64,000 nt of DNA, from the NCBI RefSeq assembly GCF_963921235.1, contig NC_086107.1, forward strand, positions 106,642,001 to 106,706,000, read 5' to 3'. This document shows, in pieces, positions 13,401 to 25,116 of the stretch (position 1 is its first letter; each line of letters starts with the position of its first letter). The translations under genes were made by a program, and so were the position numbers. This DNA comes from Mobula hypostoma (Eukaryota). Under the pieces are notes generated by a model. That model was not told the origin of the DNA, searched no databases, and worked only from the letters and a program-made list of their open reading frames with translations.

Positions 13401-13585
13401 AAGATTCCCTATGCCTGTTAACTTTGCCTTTAATCCTGGCAGGAACATGCAAACTCTGCACTCTCAAAATTTCGCCTTTGAAGGCCTTCCACATACTGAA
13501 CACATCCTTGCCAGAAAACAACTTATCCCAATCCACTCTTCCTAGATCCTTTTTCATTTCCACAAAATCGGCCCTTGTCCAATTT
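10459..13585 (-). mobile_element. CR1 LINE 'A' (host), 5'-truncated and internally deleted, split by CR1 'B'
   Basis: ORF2 pieces (...KIGPLEDQSG | RLCVEPHEMGEILNSFFASIFT, PGNYRPVSLT, WRPVTSGVPQG). CATAGAAT-type tail at about 10460-10475. Confidence 0.85.
11621..13145 (-). mobile_element. CR1 LINE 'B', younger 5'-truncated copy with near-intact RT domain
   Basis: ORFs 12405-13172 (YRPVSLT, QHGF, DFSKAFD, GVPQGSVLGP, FADD) and 11700-12341. (TAGAACCA)n tail at 11621-11640. GACCA duplication at 11616-11620 and 13146-13150. Confidence 0.9.
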
Positions 13586-14331
13586 ATCTCAACTCTGAAC
13601 GGATTTACACAACCTATGGACTGACTTTCAAGGCTTTACATTCATGTTCTTAATATTATTTATTTATTTTTATTTGTAGTTTGTTTTCTTTTGCACATTG
13701 GTTGTCAGTTTTTGTTCATGTGCAGTTTTTCATTGATTCCATTGTATTTCTCTATTCTACTGTCTAATTTCAAGGTAGTGCAGGATTCCCTAAAGGTTAA
13801 CTTGCAGGCTGAGTCAATGGTAGGACACGGGCAAATCGAGGGTCGGTGTCACGGCAGAAGACTTGTGTGTCGTTGGGGAGGCTGGAAAATCTTTCGCGGT
13901 GGGCCTGAAGACCCAAGGTCTTTGAGATCTTCGGACACTGAGCTCGAAAAAGGTGACGAATCGAACTTTTAACATCATAAACCAGTGGGTTGTTGTTATG
14001 TCTCCTGTTTGCTGTGAAAATGGGGGACGCCTCCTTCTCCCTTGCCAGGGAGAGAGAGAACCCGTGGGTTGTCAAATTTCAGATGAAATGCGAGGCCTTT
14101 GGGGTAACTTTAGTCTGTGTCTTTGCTATTGCTTAGCATATGCTTGGGCTCAGTGACGGTACCAATGCACATTGTTTTTGCAGAGGGGGGAATTGTTGCT
14201 TGCTGCTGCTTATGCGCGGGGGGGAGCTGGGGGGTACTTTGGGGTTCTCACGTTTAACTCTCGTTCATTCTTTGGAGAACTTCTCTGTTTTCGTGGATGT
14301 TTGCGAAGAAAAAGCATTTCAGGATGTATAT

Positions 14332-14548
14332 CCCTCCCCCTCCTGTCTTCTCCTATCATTTTGGATCTCCCCCTCCCCCTCCAACTTTCAAATCCCTTAC
14401 TCACTCTTCCTTCAGTTAGTCCTGACGAAGGGTCTCGGCCTGAAACGTCGACTGCACCTCTTCCTACAGATGCTGCCTGGCCTGCTGCGTTCACCAGCAA
14501 CTTTGATGTATGTTGCTTGAATTTCCAGCATCTGCAGAATTCCTGTTG
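14332..14548 (+). mobile_element. Penelope-derived 3' terminal insertion with hammerhead motif
   Basis: Matches the 3' UTR of the Penelope fragment at 58075-58594. Flanked by perfect TTCAGGATGTATAT at 14318-14331 and 14549-14562. Confidence 0.85.
14418..14453 (+). ncRNA. Minimal type I hammerhead ribozyme motif (intact core)
   Basis: AGTC-CTGACGA-A-GGGT-CTCG-GCCT-GAAA-C-GTC-GACT: core CUGANGA/GAAA, stem II, GUC cleavage triplet, stem I AGUC/GACU, palindromic ACGU in place of stem III. Confidence 0.75.
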
Positions 14549-14600
14549 TTCAGGATGTATATTGTATACATTTCTCTGACATTAAATTTGACCTTTGAAC

Positions 14601-15205
14601 CTTTGGTAAGGAAGGCAAATGCAATGTTAGCATTCATTTCAAGAGGATTAGAATATAAAAGCAAGGATGTAATGCTGAGTCATTGGTCAGACTGCACTTG
14701 GAGTATTGTAAGCAGTGTTGGACCCTTTATCTAAGAAAGGATGTGCTGGCATTGGACAAGGTAATAATCCTGGGAACAAAAGGGTTAACGTTAGATGGTG
14801 CTGGAGTTTAGAAGATTGAGGGGGAGTCTCATAGAAACCTATTGAATATTGAAAGGCCGAGATAAAGTGGATATGGAGAGCATGTTTCCTTTGGTGAGGA
14901 AGTCAAGACCAGAGGGCACAGCCTCAGAATAGGAGGATGTTCCCTTAGAACAGAGGTGAAGAAGAATTTCTTCAGTCAGAGGGTGGTGAATCTGTGGAAT
15001 TCATGGCAACAGATGTCTATGGGGGGGGAGCACATTACTAGATATATTTAAAATGGAGGTTGGTAGGTTCTTGATTAGTAGGGGAATAAAAGATTAAGGG
15101 GAGAAGACAGGAGAATGTGGTTCAGAGGGATAATAAATCAGCCATGATGGAATGGTGGAGCAGACTCAATGGACTGAATGGCCTAATTCTGCTCATAAGT
15201 CTTAT
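14601..15205 (+). mobile_element. CR1 LINE 3' fragment
   Basis: VRKANAMLAFISRGLEYKSKDVML and NFFSQRVVNLWN-type coding remnants; CR1-like 3' UTR. Confidence 0.75.
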
Positions 15206-15914
15206 AGTAGTATACACTGACTTTCATAATAAATTTACTTTGAACTTTTTAAACTTTGAACATAGATACAGACAGGACGCGGTATAAATTACACACAAGA
15301 TTATACCCCACAGTGAAAGGTAAACTGTGTGAAAGCAAGATCTGGGTGCAAACCAGAACTAAGGCACTATCTAGGACAAGTGGCTGGTAGTACCAAAGGC
15401 GGTCTATTGCGTTCTGTAGCCGAGGGGTGCAGCTTAGTTTGTGAACCGGATGGTTGTAAGGAAGTCGCTGCTTCTGGATGTGGTGGTGGGGATTTCAGGC
15501 CGCTGTACCTCCTCCCTCATGGCAGCAGCAAGGAGAGGCATAACCCAGATTGTGGGGATCCTTGACAATGGACACACCTACGTGAGCCCATGAATGCGAT
15601 CAAAAATAAAACAGAACGTGGGGAGAACTTGGTGGGCAGAACAGCGAGTACTACCAATCCTCTTCCCTCTCAGTCTTGATCTTGACCCAAAATGTCGACC
15701 TACTCCTTTGGTCAAATGCATTGAGTCCTACCCACAGTTCATTTTATTCCAGCTTCCAGATTCTGTGTTCTTTTGTTTGTCTTCAAGAGGTTTTAAGAAA
15801 CTTGCTCACAGAACATATACATAATTGTCACGTCCAATCTTCATCTCCAATCCTCAGCTGCCTCTGTGCTGAGTGTGTTACTGGGTAAATTTCAGAATCA
15901 GCCATATTCTAGTG

Positions 15915-15995
15915 CAGGGGTTCCCAACCTTTTTTATGCCATGGACCCCCAACCATTGACTGAGGGGTCTGTGGACCACAAGTTTGGAACCTCTG
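15915..15995. mobile_element. About 80-bp hAT-like MITE
   Basis: Termini CAGGGGTTCCCAAC / GTTTGGAACCTCTG. Related copies at about 49847-49925 and 59857-59933. Confidence 0.6.
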
Positions 15996-17189
15996 GTGTG
16001 CATTTGGGTCAGACCAAGTAAGGACTTCCTGTCCTCAAGGACATCAGTGAACCAGAGTGGGTTTCATGATTACTGTTACCGATATATATCTCGACTCCTG
16101 TCTTGCCACTGGATCCAGACGGGAATTGGGAAGAGAGAGTGAGGCTGACGCTGCGCAACTCTCCCTCACTTAAATCCAAATCAAGCACTAGTCTTGCCAC
16201 CATCGTGGTGTCGAGGTCTTCGTCGATGACGATGGGCGAACCTTACTGGTATGTTGACTGCAGTGATAGATCGCAGAAGCCGACCATTCGGCCCATCGAA
16301 CCGAATGGTCCACCAGTTCAGTATCTACTGTAAGCTCTGCCTTCCATACAGTTATCCCCAATGCAACCTTGGGAATTGGATAATCAGGCTTTGGCTTGTG
16401 ACTTAACTGTGTCTCTCCCAAGGAGCCCCTCTCTGATGTTGACTGCATTGATTAACAGCAGGGTTGGGTGAGACTTCAAAGTTTAAAATAAATATATTAT
16501 CAAAGTACCTATACCGTATGTCACCATCTACCACCCTGAGATTCATTTTCTTGCAGGCGTACACAGTAAGTCCAAAAACCATCGTAGAATCAATGAAAGA
16601 CCGTCCCCAGCAAGAAAGACAAACAACCAACGCACAGGAAAAAAAGAAACTGCATAAATGCAAAAGAGAAAAATAAATAAATAAATAGACAGGCAAACAG
16701 AAAATAAATAAAGGAACAATAAATATCGAGTCCTTGAAAGTGACTCCATCGGTTGTGGGAACATTTCAGTGATGGGGCAAGTGATGTTGAATAAAATTAT
16801 CCCCTTTGATTCAAGAGCCTAATAGCTGAGCGGTAGTAACTGTTCCTGAATCTGGTGGTGTGGTTCCTGAGGCTCCTCTACCTTCTTCCTGGTGGCAGCA
16901 GTGAGAAGAGAGAATGACCTGTGTAGTAGGGGTCTCTGATGATGGACGCTGCTTCCCTGTGACAGCGCACCATGTAGATGTGCTCAATGGAGGGAAGGGT
17001 TTTACCCGTGAAGGGCTGGGCCGTATCCATTACTTTATGTAGGCTTTTACATTCAAGGGTATTGGTGTTTTCATACCAGGCTGTGATGCAACCAGTTAGT
17101 ATATTCTCCACCACACATCTATAGAAGCAACACACATCAAAGTTGCTGGTGAACGCAGCAGGCCAGGCAGCATCTCTAGGAAGAGGTAC

Positions 17190-17225
17190 AGTCGACATTT
17201 CAGGCTGAGACCCTTCGTCAGGACT
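17190..17225 (-). ncRNA. Minimal hammerhead motif (core intact, palindrome mutated)
   Basis: Reverse complement AGTC-CTGACGA-AGGGTCTCAGCCT-GAAA-T-GTC-GACT. Confidence 0.6.
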
Positions 17226-17301
17226 AACTGAAAGAAGAGCTAGTAAGAGGTTTGAAAGTGGGAGGGGGAGGCCAAATCTCTTACTAGCTCTTCTTTCAGT
17301 T

Positions 17302-17337
17302 AGTCCTGACGAAGGGTCTCGGCCTGAAACGTCGACT
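17302..17337 (+). ncRNA. Minimal type I hammerhead ribozyme motif (intact core)
   Basis: AGTC-CTGACGA-AGGGTCTCGGCCT-GAAA-C-GTC-GACT. Confidence 0.75.
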
Positions 17338-17707
17338 GTACCTCTTCCTAGAGATGCTGCCTGGCCTGCTGCGTTCACCAGCAACTTTCCAGCATCTGCA
17401 GAATTCCTCGTGTTTGCACATCTATAGAAGTTTGTCAAAGTATTCACTATCATGCCAAATCTTCGCAAATTTATGAGGAAGTTATGAGCACTGGAGTGCT
17501 GGACCCAGGACAGGTCCTCTGAAATGACAACACCAAGGAATTTAAAGTTGCTGACCTTCTCCTCCTTTGGTCCCCTAATGAGGGTTGCCTCATGAATACA
17601 CAGTTTCCTCCTTCTGAATTCAATAATCAGCTCCTTGGTCTTGCTGGCATTGAGTGAGAGGTTGTTGTTGTGGCGCCACTCAGACAGATTTTCGATACTT
17701 TTGACCC

Positions 17708-18187
17708 ATTGGAAAGGGTACAGAGGAGATTTACCAGGATGCTGCCTGGTTTAGAGAGTATGCATTATGATCAGAGATTAAGGGAGCTAGGGCTTTACTC
17801 TCTGGAGAGAAGGAGGATGAGAGGAGACATGATAGAGGTGTACAAGATATTAAGAGGAATAGATAGAGTGGACAGCCAGCACCTCTTCCCCAGGGCACCA
17901 CTGCTCAATACAAGAGGACATGGCTTTAAGGTAAGGGGTGGGAAGTTCAAGGGGGATATTAGAGGAAGGTTTTTTACTCAGAGAGTGGTTGGTGCGTGGA
18001 ATGCACTGCCTGAGTCAGTGGTGGAGGCAGATAGACTTGTGAAATTTAAGAGACTACTAGACAGGTATATGGAGGAATTTAAGGTGGGGGGTTATATGGG
18101 AGGCAGGGTTTGAGGGTCAGCACAACAATATGGGCCGAAGGGCCTGTACTGTGCTCTACTATTCTATGTTCTATACATTCTATGTTC
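17708..18187 (+). mobile_element. CR1 LINE 3' end inserted in the Rex1/Babar element
   Basis: Open frame LERVQRRFTRMLPGL...RFFTQRVVGAWNALP; tail ATTCTATGTTCTATACATTCTATGTTC. Confidence 0.85.
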
Positions 18188-18842
18188 AATCTCCCTCATA
18201 TATGCTGATTCATGACCACCTTCTATTTGGCCAATAACAATGGTGTCATCAACGAACTTGAATATGGCTTTGGAGCTGAGCTTAGCCACACAGTCATAAG
18301 CGTCAAGTGAGTAGAGCAGGGGGCTAAGCACACGGTCCCGTGACGCACCTGTGCTAATGGAGATTGTGGGGGAGATGTTGTCAATCTGAACTGACTGCGA
18401 TCTGCAAGTGAATAATAGGTCATGGGTAGATGTCAGTATTGATTTTAGCTTTTAAGAGGAATTTGTATAGAAACGTGAAGTGCAGGGGTACGGAGCTATG
18501 GTCCAGGTGCAGGTTGATTGAAATAATATTTTGGTATGGACTAGATGGGCCAAAGGGCCTGTTTACATGCTGTAGTGTTCTATGACTCAAGGAAAATGAC
18601 CACAGTGCAATAGTCGGAGAATCTGAATTGTTTACAAGAAGTCTAAAAATAAAAAAAACAGGTTTCAAGAACAATGAGGATATCAGTTTTCCTGTTAAGG
18701 GGAAATTCACACATTCTCCATTCCGGCCTCTGCGTAACCACAGAATCAGCAACGTGCTTGAATTTTAAACATCCTTTTAACTTGGCTCAAAGGCTCATTG
18801 GGTTACAAACTTATATTATCTTCTTTCATTAGCGACAGATGG

Positions 18843-19590
18843 TTAATCCAAACCTGACCCAATGTGGATAACCAACACCTGACCCAATGTGGACAATTCA
18901 TACTTGATCCAAAGTGGACAGTCCAAATTTGACCCAATATGCCAAATCAAACTTGACCCAAAATGACCAATCTGAACCTGACCCAATGTGGACAATCCAA
19001 CCCTGACCAATATGCCAATCCAAACCTCACCAATATCATCATCATCATCATCATCATCATCAGGTGCCATGCCCAGTTTGAGCTTTGACTGCCATGGCCC
19101 ACACACTCCTGTTTCTGGTCAAGTGGATCAATTCATTAGTATTCATTTCCAGTTCTCTGGCTGCTGTCTCCATCATCATTTGTCTTTGTCTTCCTCTTGC
19201 TTTCTTCCCTTCAATATTTCTCATAATTACCGTGCATTCTAACTCCTCTTTCCTAATCACATGTCCAATGAAGTTACATTGCCTTTTCATGATCTCATAC
19301 ATTATTTTTCTTGTTGTGTTTGCTCTGTTCATGACATCCTCATTAGATATTCGTTTCGTCCATGATATTCTTTGCATCCTCCTCAAAAACCATATCTCTG
19401 CTGCTACAATTCGTTTCCTTTACTTGCTAACCAATATGCCAATCCAAATCTAACCAATATGCCAATCCAAATCTAACCAATATGGCAATCCAAACATGAA
19501 TCCAATGTGGTGAATCCAAAACAGACCCAATATGCCAACCTAAAATTGACTCAATGTGGACAAATTAGTTCGATCCGAACATGACTGATC
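18843..19590 (+). repeat. Degenerate minisatellite of about 22-24 bp (AATCCAAACCTGACCCAATGTGGAC-like), interrupted by an RTE
   Basis: Recurrent CCAATATGCC/CCAATGTGG..AATCCAAA units on both sides of 19037-19428. Confidence 0.75.
19037..19428 (-). mobile_element. RTE-clade LINE 3' end with (GAT)n tail
   Basis: RRMQRISWTKRISNEDVM...FIGHVIRK...IEGKKARGRQR, the RTE C-terminal signature. Stop is followed directly by the (GAT)n tail. ACCAATAT flanks both sides. Confidence 0.85.
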
Positions 19591-20420
19591 TGAACCAAGC
19601 TTAAAACTAATATAAAGAAAAAAATTCTTAGTCATGTGTACTTGGAAACATTGAAAGATACAGCGAAATGCACCGTTTGTGTCAACAACCAACAGAACCT
19701 GTGGATGTACTGGGGGCAGCCAGCAGTTTCACCATGTTTCAGGCACCAACATATCATGCCTGTAACTTACTGACCCTAACCCGTATGTCTTTTGGAATGT
19801 GGGAGGAAAGCAGAATCCAAAGACACTTGGCCCTAGAACTCCCTTCCAACTACTCACCATCTCTCTCCTTGCTCCTTTAAGACGTTCCAAAAACCTTTTG
19901 ATCACCTGCTCTATGTGCTTGTGTGGCATATAAACAGGCCCTTCGGCCCACATTATCCATTCCGACCCACTTGCACTAAAAGCTAAGCGTCCATCTGTAC
20001 TGAGGATTAATACTTTAACAAGTGTTTCATCATTCCAGCCTCAGGACTTTCCAGTGTAAACTTAAGTGCTGTTGTTGAGACAAATAAAAAATTCCCCTGA
20101 GATTGTGGATGATTAATGCACTTCCCTGAAGGCGACTCTACACACGCAGCCTCTGGTGAAAACTGTCACTCCACAGTGACTCACAGTAACATCTGCACCA
20201 TTATAAAAGGCCGTGACTATCTGACGAAGACACCAAGCGCAGTGTCCCACAGTGTTCCCACTGATCCACATCAAGCTCTGCTTGAAAGGAAATCAATAAT
20301 ACTCTGCAGACAAAGCAGCAGTCAACTGGCGTTACTCAGCAGTCAACTGGCGTTACTCAGCAGTCAACTGGCGTTACTATGGGGGAAAAGCAGTGGTCAA
20401 CAGTCCAGGTTGAAACCCTA

Positions 20421-20943
20421 CACTCAGTGACCACTTCATTAGGTACAGGAGTGAACCTAACAAAATGGCCACAGGGGAGTGGCCTGCTGCTGCTGTAGCC
20501 TGTCCATTTCAAGGTTCCATTTGTTGTGCATTCAGAGATGCTCTTCTGCACACCACAGTTGTAACCGGTGGTTATTTGAGTTACTGTCACCTTCCTGTCA
20601 GCTTGAACCAGTCTGGCCATTCTCCTCTGACCTCTTTCATTAACAAGGTGATTTTGCCCACAGGACTGCCGGACACCGGATGTTGTTTGTTTTTCACACC
20701 ATTCTCTGTAAACTCTAGAGACCGTTGTGTGTGAAAATCTCAGGAAATCAGCAGTTTCTGAAATACTCAAACCACCCCATCTGGCACCAACAATCGTTCC
20801 ATAGTCAAAGTCACTTAGGTTGCATTTCTTCTTACAGATGTTTGGTTTGAACAACAGAACCTCTTGACATTGCCCGCCTGCTTTTAAGGATTTGCATTAA
20901 CAAGCAGGTGTAGAGGTGTCCCTAATAAAGTGGCCACTGAGTG
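20421..20943 (-). mobile_element. Non-autonomous Tc1/mariner element with transposase HTH remnant
   Basis: TIRs CACTCAGTG(A/G)CCACTT.ATTAGG, TA on both sides. Peptide LSDFDYGTIVGARWGGLSISETADFLRFSHTTVSRVYREW...RRMARLVQADRK. Confidence 0.88.
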
Positions 20944-20950
20944 TATACTT

Positions 20951-21626
20951 TAGATTATGAGAACACTCAGTCCTCGTTTATTGTCATTTAGAAATGCATG
21001 CATGCATTAAGAAATGATACAATGTTCCTCCAGAGTGATATCACAGAAAAACAGGACAAACCAAAGACTAACACTGACAGAACCACATAATTATAACATA
21101 TAGTTACAGCAGTGCAAAACAATACCATAATTTGATAAAGAACAGACCATGGGCACGGTAAAAAATAGTCTCAAAGTCCCGAGTCGATCGACTCCCGAGC
21201 CCTCGACAGCAGGCACAAAGGGAGAAACTCCCTGCCATAAACCTCCAGGCACCGACAACTGCCGATGCATTGGAAGCACCCGACCACGGCCGACACTGGG
21301 TCTGTCCATCCGAAAACTTCGATCCTCCGTCCAGCCCCTCCGATACAGCCTCCTGAGCGCCATCCTCTGCCGAGCACCTTCAACCTCACCTGGCCGCCAA
21401 AACAAACAAAGCCGAGGATTCGGGGCCTTCTCCTCTGGAGATTCTGGACCACATAGTAACAGCGGCAGCGAAGTGGGCATTTCAGAAGTTTCTCCAGATG
21501 TTCCTCCGTACTCTGACGTCTGTCTCCATCAAATCAGAATTGTGCACGGTCCCCTACTTGACAAATAACAGACATCACCGCCAAAGTGGCCACGCGCGCT
21601 GCGTCATGCCACCATCTCCTCCTCCC
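20951..21626 (-). mobile_element. Non-autonomous GC-rich retroposon-like insertion
   Basis: 7-bp duplication TATACTT at 20944-20950 and 21627-21633. Minus-strand 3' end has GACAATAAA. No convincing ORF. Confidence 0.55.
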
Positions 21627-21829
21627 TATACTTGCAGGGTTTCAACAATTGCTCTTCCCCCACAGACGCTGCTCGACCTACTGAATCACTCCAGCTTCTT
21701 CCCCGTTGCTTCAGATTCCAGCACCTGCAGTCCCTCGTGTCTCTGATATACAGTTCATACCTGCTTTGGGGAGTGACTGTTTCTGGTGGTTAAGGAGAGG
21801 GAGTTGCTCTCACCAGAAAAGTGTAGTTT

Positions 21830-22272
21830 GGGTGGCTGATGGTTGGGCTGAGCTGCTCTTCGATCTTGGCAATTTGTTTGCAGACGTTTCATCACCATGT
21901 GAGGATGTGGCAGTACGCTGTTGATTGTGGTGTGTCCTCCAAAAGCATGGCCTTTATATACTTATCGATCGGCTGATTGGTCATCGGTGATGCAGAGAGG
22001 AGATCTCATCACTGCTTAGTTGCCCGGCGAACTTCATGCAATGTGCTCTGGAATTTTGCCCACATTAGCTCTTAAATAGGATCAGCGACGAGATTTCCTC
22101 CCCACATCACAATCAAGCTTCTGTACCAACGACCAATCAGCTGATTGATAAGTATATACAGGCCAAGCAGGTGGAAGACACACCACAGTTACAGCACACT
22201 GATGATGTCTCCTCGTATGGTGAATTGTAAGTAGATTGCCAAGATCGGAGAACAACTCAAGCCAGCCATTAA
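21830..22272. mobile_element. Old inverted Penelope-like terminal repeats (third family)
   Basis: About 21830-21990 is a diverged reverse complement of about 22125-22272. CTGATGA survives in the + arm and GAAACGTC in the - arm. Confidence 0.55.
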
Positions 22273-23877
22273 CTGAAAATGGCTGTTTAAACCTCCAGGG
22301 ATCTGGATTCAATCCTGAGCCACAGAGATACAGAATATGAAAACAGGCTCTTCGGCCTAACACATTCAGGCCGACGAAAGTGCCCATCTAAGCAAGACCT
22401 ACTTACCCACGTTTGGCGCATAGCCCTCTAAACCTTTTTTCCAAGCGGGCAGGAGGAATGAGGTCTCATGACTTCTGGGTTCGCAAAATGGTGAGGCCGG
22501 AGTTCGAGGCCTAGTGTACGGAGCCCTGCCAATGGAGACTTCCGAGATCGAGGCCTAATATACGGAGCCCTGCCAGTGGAGACTTTGGAGATCGAGGCCT
22601 AGTGTTCAGTCCTGGGCTCAGTGCTGTGGATCGAGGCCCGAATGTCAAAGCAGAAGTCCAGAAGCTGATGCTGTTGTGTAATTTGATATTTTATAATATC
22701 TGAGTAATCTTGTGCATTATATTGTTTGATTGATGCTTGTTTGTTTGGGGTCGGAGGACAGTGTACGTGCACAGATTGGAGGGAGGAACGGGGACTTGCT
22801 TTGCTGTTGTTGTTCTGTTCCTTTGTTGATCCGCCAAGGATTTTGGGCATGCTGCGTTGGTGGTGAAATGCATGACGACACCCGTGACCTGCCTCCAGCA
22901 CGCACTTGGGTGTGTTGGTTGTTAGCACAAATAACGCATTAAACAGCATGTTCTGATGTATACATGATAAAGAAATTTTAATCTTGAAAATCTTTTCCAT
23001 CCATCTACCTCTTCAGGTGTCCTTTGAATGTTGTTATTGCCTTGTACCGGCCTCACTCACTTCCTCTGGCAGCTCGTTCCATCTAAGCACCACCCTCTGT
23101 GTGAAGAAGCTGCCGATCGTGTCCCTTCTAAATTGCATTCTTAAATGTATGCCCTCTAGTTTTTGATTCCTTTTCCCTGGGAAAAACACTGTGAATGAAA
23201 AAGCATTGCAAGGTTTATTCTCGTAAATGTTTTTTTTAAATTATGAATTAAGTTTATTTTGATAAAAAAAAGACTGCATGCATTCATCTTACCTGCACCC
23301 CTTGTGAATCTGTACATCTGTGCAGAGCATTTAAACACTTTCTGTGATTGCGTGGGTGATCGGCTTTCCTTCCATATCACAAGGATGTGCTGGAAGGTTA
23401 GAATCAGAATCAGGGTTATTATCACTGGCATATGATATGAAATTTGTTAACTTAGCAGGAGCAGTTCAATGCAATACATAATCTAGCAGAGAGAGAAAAA
23501 ATAATAAATAAAATAAAACATAATAATAAATAAACAATTAAATTATGTATATTGAATAGATTATTTAAAAATATGCAAAAAAACAGAAACACTGTATATT
23601 TTAAAAAGTGAGGTAGTGTCCAAAGCTTCAAAGTCCATTCAGGAATCGGATGGCAGAGGGGAAGAAGCTGTTCTTGAGTTGCTGAGTGTGTGTCTCCAGG
23701 CTTCCGTATCTCCGACCTGAAGGTTAACAGGTCACTGCATAGGTTAATGACAGAAAGAATCGAAAGGGGTGACAACGGGGATGTGTGAGAGAGAATTAGA
23801 TGCCGGGATGCAGGGAAGTACAGAGTAGTGGAATGGAATGCAATATTTGCTTTTTTCGTCGCCGTTATAAATGTATA

Positions 23878-24445
23878 GACACAATGTCCATTTTATTTGG
23901 TACACCTGCTCATTAATGCCATTATCTTTTCAGCCAATCATGTGGCAGCAACTCAATGCATAGAAGCATGCAGACATGGTCAAGAGGTTCAGTTGTTGTT
24001 CACACTAAAAGGGATCTAAGTGACTTTGGTCGTGAAGTGGTTGTTGGTGCCAGATGGGGTGGTCTGAGCATCTCAGAAACTGTTGATCTGCTGGGATTTC
24101 CACACACAGCCGTCTCTAGAGCTTACAGAGAGTTGTGCGAAAAAGGAAAAAACATCCAGTGAGCGGCAGTTCTGTGCGCGAAAATGCAATGAAGAAAACA
24201 AACTAACACAAACAGGGAAACTTATTAATGTGAGAGGTCCAAGGAGAATGGCCAGACTGGTTAAAGATGATAGGAATGTGACTCAAATAACCATGCAACT
24301 AAACAGCGGTGTGTAAAAGAGCATCTCTGAACACACAACACATCGAACCTTGGAGTGGACGGGCTACAGCTGCAGGAGACGATGAACATACACTCAGTGG
24401 CCACTTTATTGGGTACAAGAGGTGAACAACTTTGTAGCCACTGTT
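23878..24445 (+). mobile_element. Second Tc1 non-autonomous copy
   Basis: KRDLSDFGREVVVGARWGGLSISETVDLLGFPHTAVSRAYRE; TIR copy at 24391-24415. A third fragment lies at about 57545-57666. Confidence 0.8.
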
Positions 24446-24879
24446 ACAGTATATATGACCTGGTGCTGACAACCTGCTAAATGTTCATGATAGTTCCTGT
24501 TTATATTTTTAATTGACAAGATTTTAATAGTTTAATCAATTGCTTAGTCAGCCATCTCAGTGAGTGAAATAAATATATGCCACTAAAAGAAAAAGGGTGG
24601 TGAGTTTGGTCTGAATCAACAGGAAAAGCTTGGTTATTTGTTAAGACTTGTCTATCCCCCAAGGAAATTTATATCCAAAGGTCAAGGTTTTGGGGATGAA
24701 AACAGTAAATACTCTAAATAATCTATGGGTCAGACAGTAATTAAGAAGAAAGAAGGAAGAGTTTATCCATCAAGGCAACAACCTTCCACACTTTTGCTCC
24801 CTCTCTGCTGCCTGTCCTGTTGAGAATTTCCAGCATTTGCTGATGTGACCCTTTATTTCAGGTTCCCTGCATCTGCCAT

Positions 24880-25077
24880 ATTTTACGTCAGAAGTTTGGT
24901 TTCATTCTTGAACTACAACACACCTGGAAAAAGACCCTGCCTACAGGACAACGTGATTGGCCGCTCCGACCATCCGCACCTGCTGATTGGCTGCAGGGCT
25001 TGTCACCTAGCATCAGGAGGAAGTTCTGAAGTTTTTTTTGCCAAACCTGTTTTCTCACGTCAGCAAGGTGAGAAGCT

Positions 25078-25116
<39 letters not shown>

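Larger units (their letters stand above)
17128..17416. mobile_element. Palindromic Penelope-derived insertion with two hammerhead motifs
   Basis: Inverted arms of about 115 bp around a short spacer. Perfect 14-bp TSD CACATCTATAGAAG at 17114-17127 and 17417-17430. Confidence 0.88.
16470..18412 (-). mobile_element. Rex1/Babar-type LINE 3' portion hosting a Penelope insert and a CR1 insert
   Basis: MRRFGMIVNTLTNFYRC|VVENILTGCITAWY...HSLFSLLPPGRR. RT-region remnant (CVAKLSSKAIFKFVDD) resumes at 18188-18412. Confidence 0.75.

Noticed and set aside
11621..13563. Single intact autonomous CR1
   Set aside because: It is two nested, 5'-truncated elements; there is no endonuclease domain or ORF1, and ORF2 is broken near 12341-12405.
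20335..20380. 21-bp triplication AGCAGTCAACTGGCGTTACT(C), and a duplication of about 44 bp near 22510-22600
   Set aside because: Real but ordinary local slippage duplications with no further structure.
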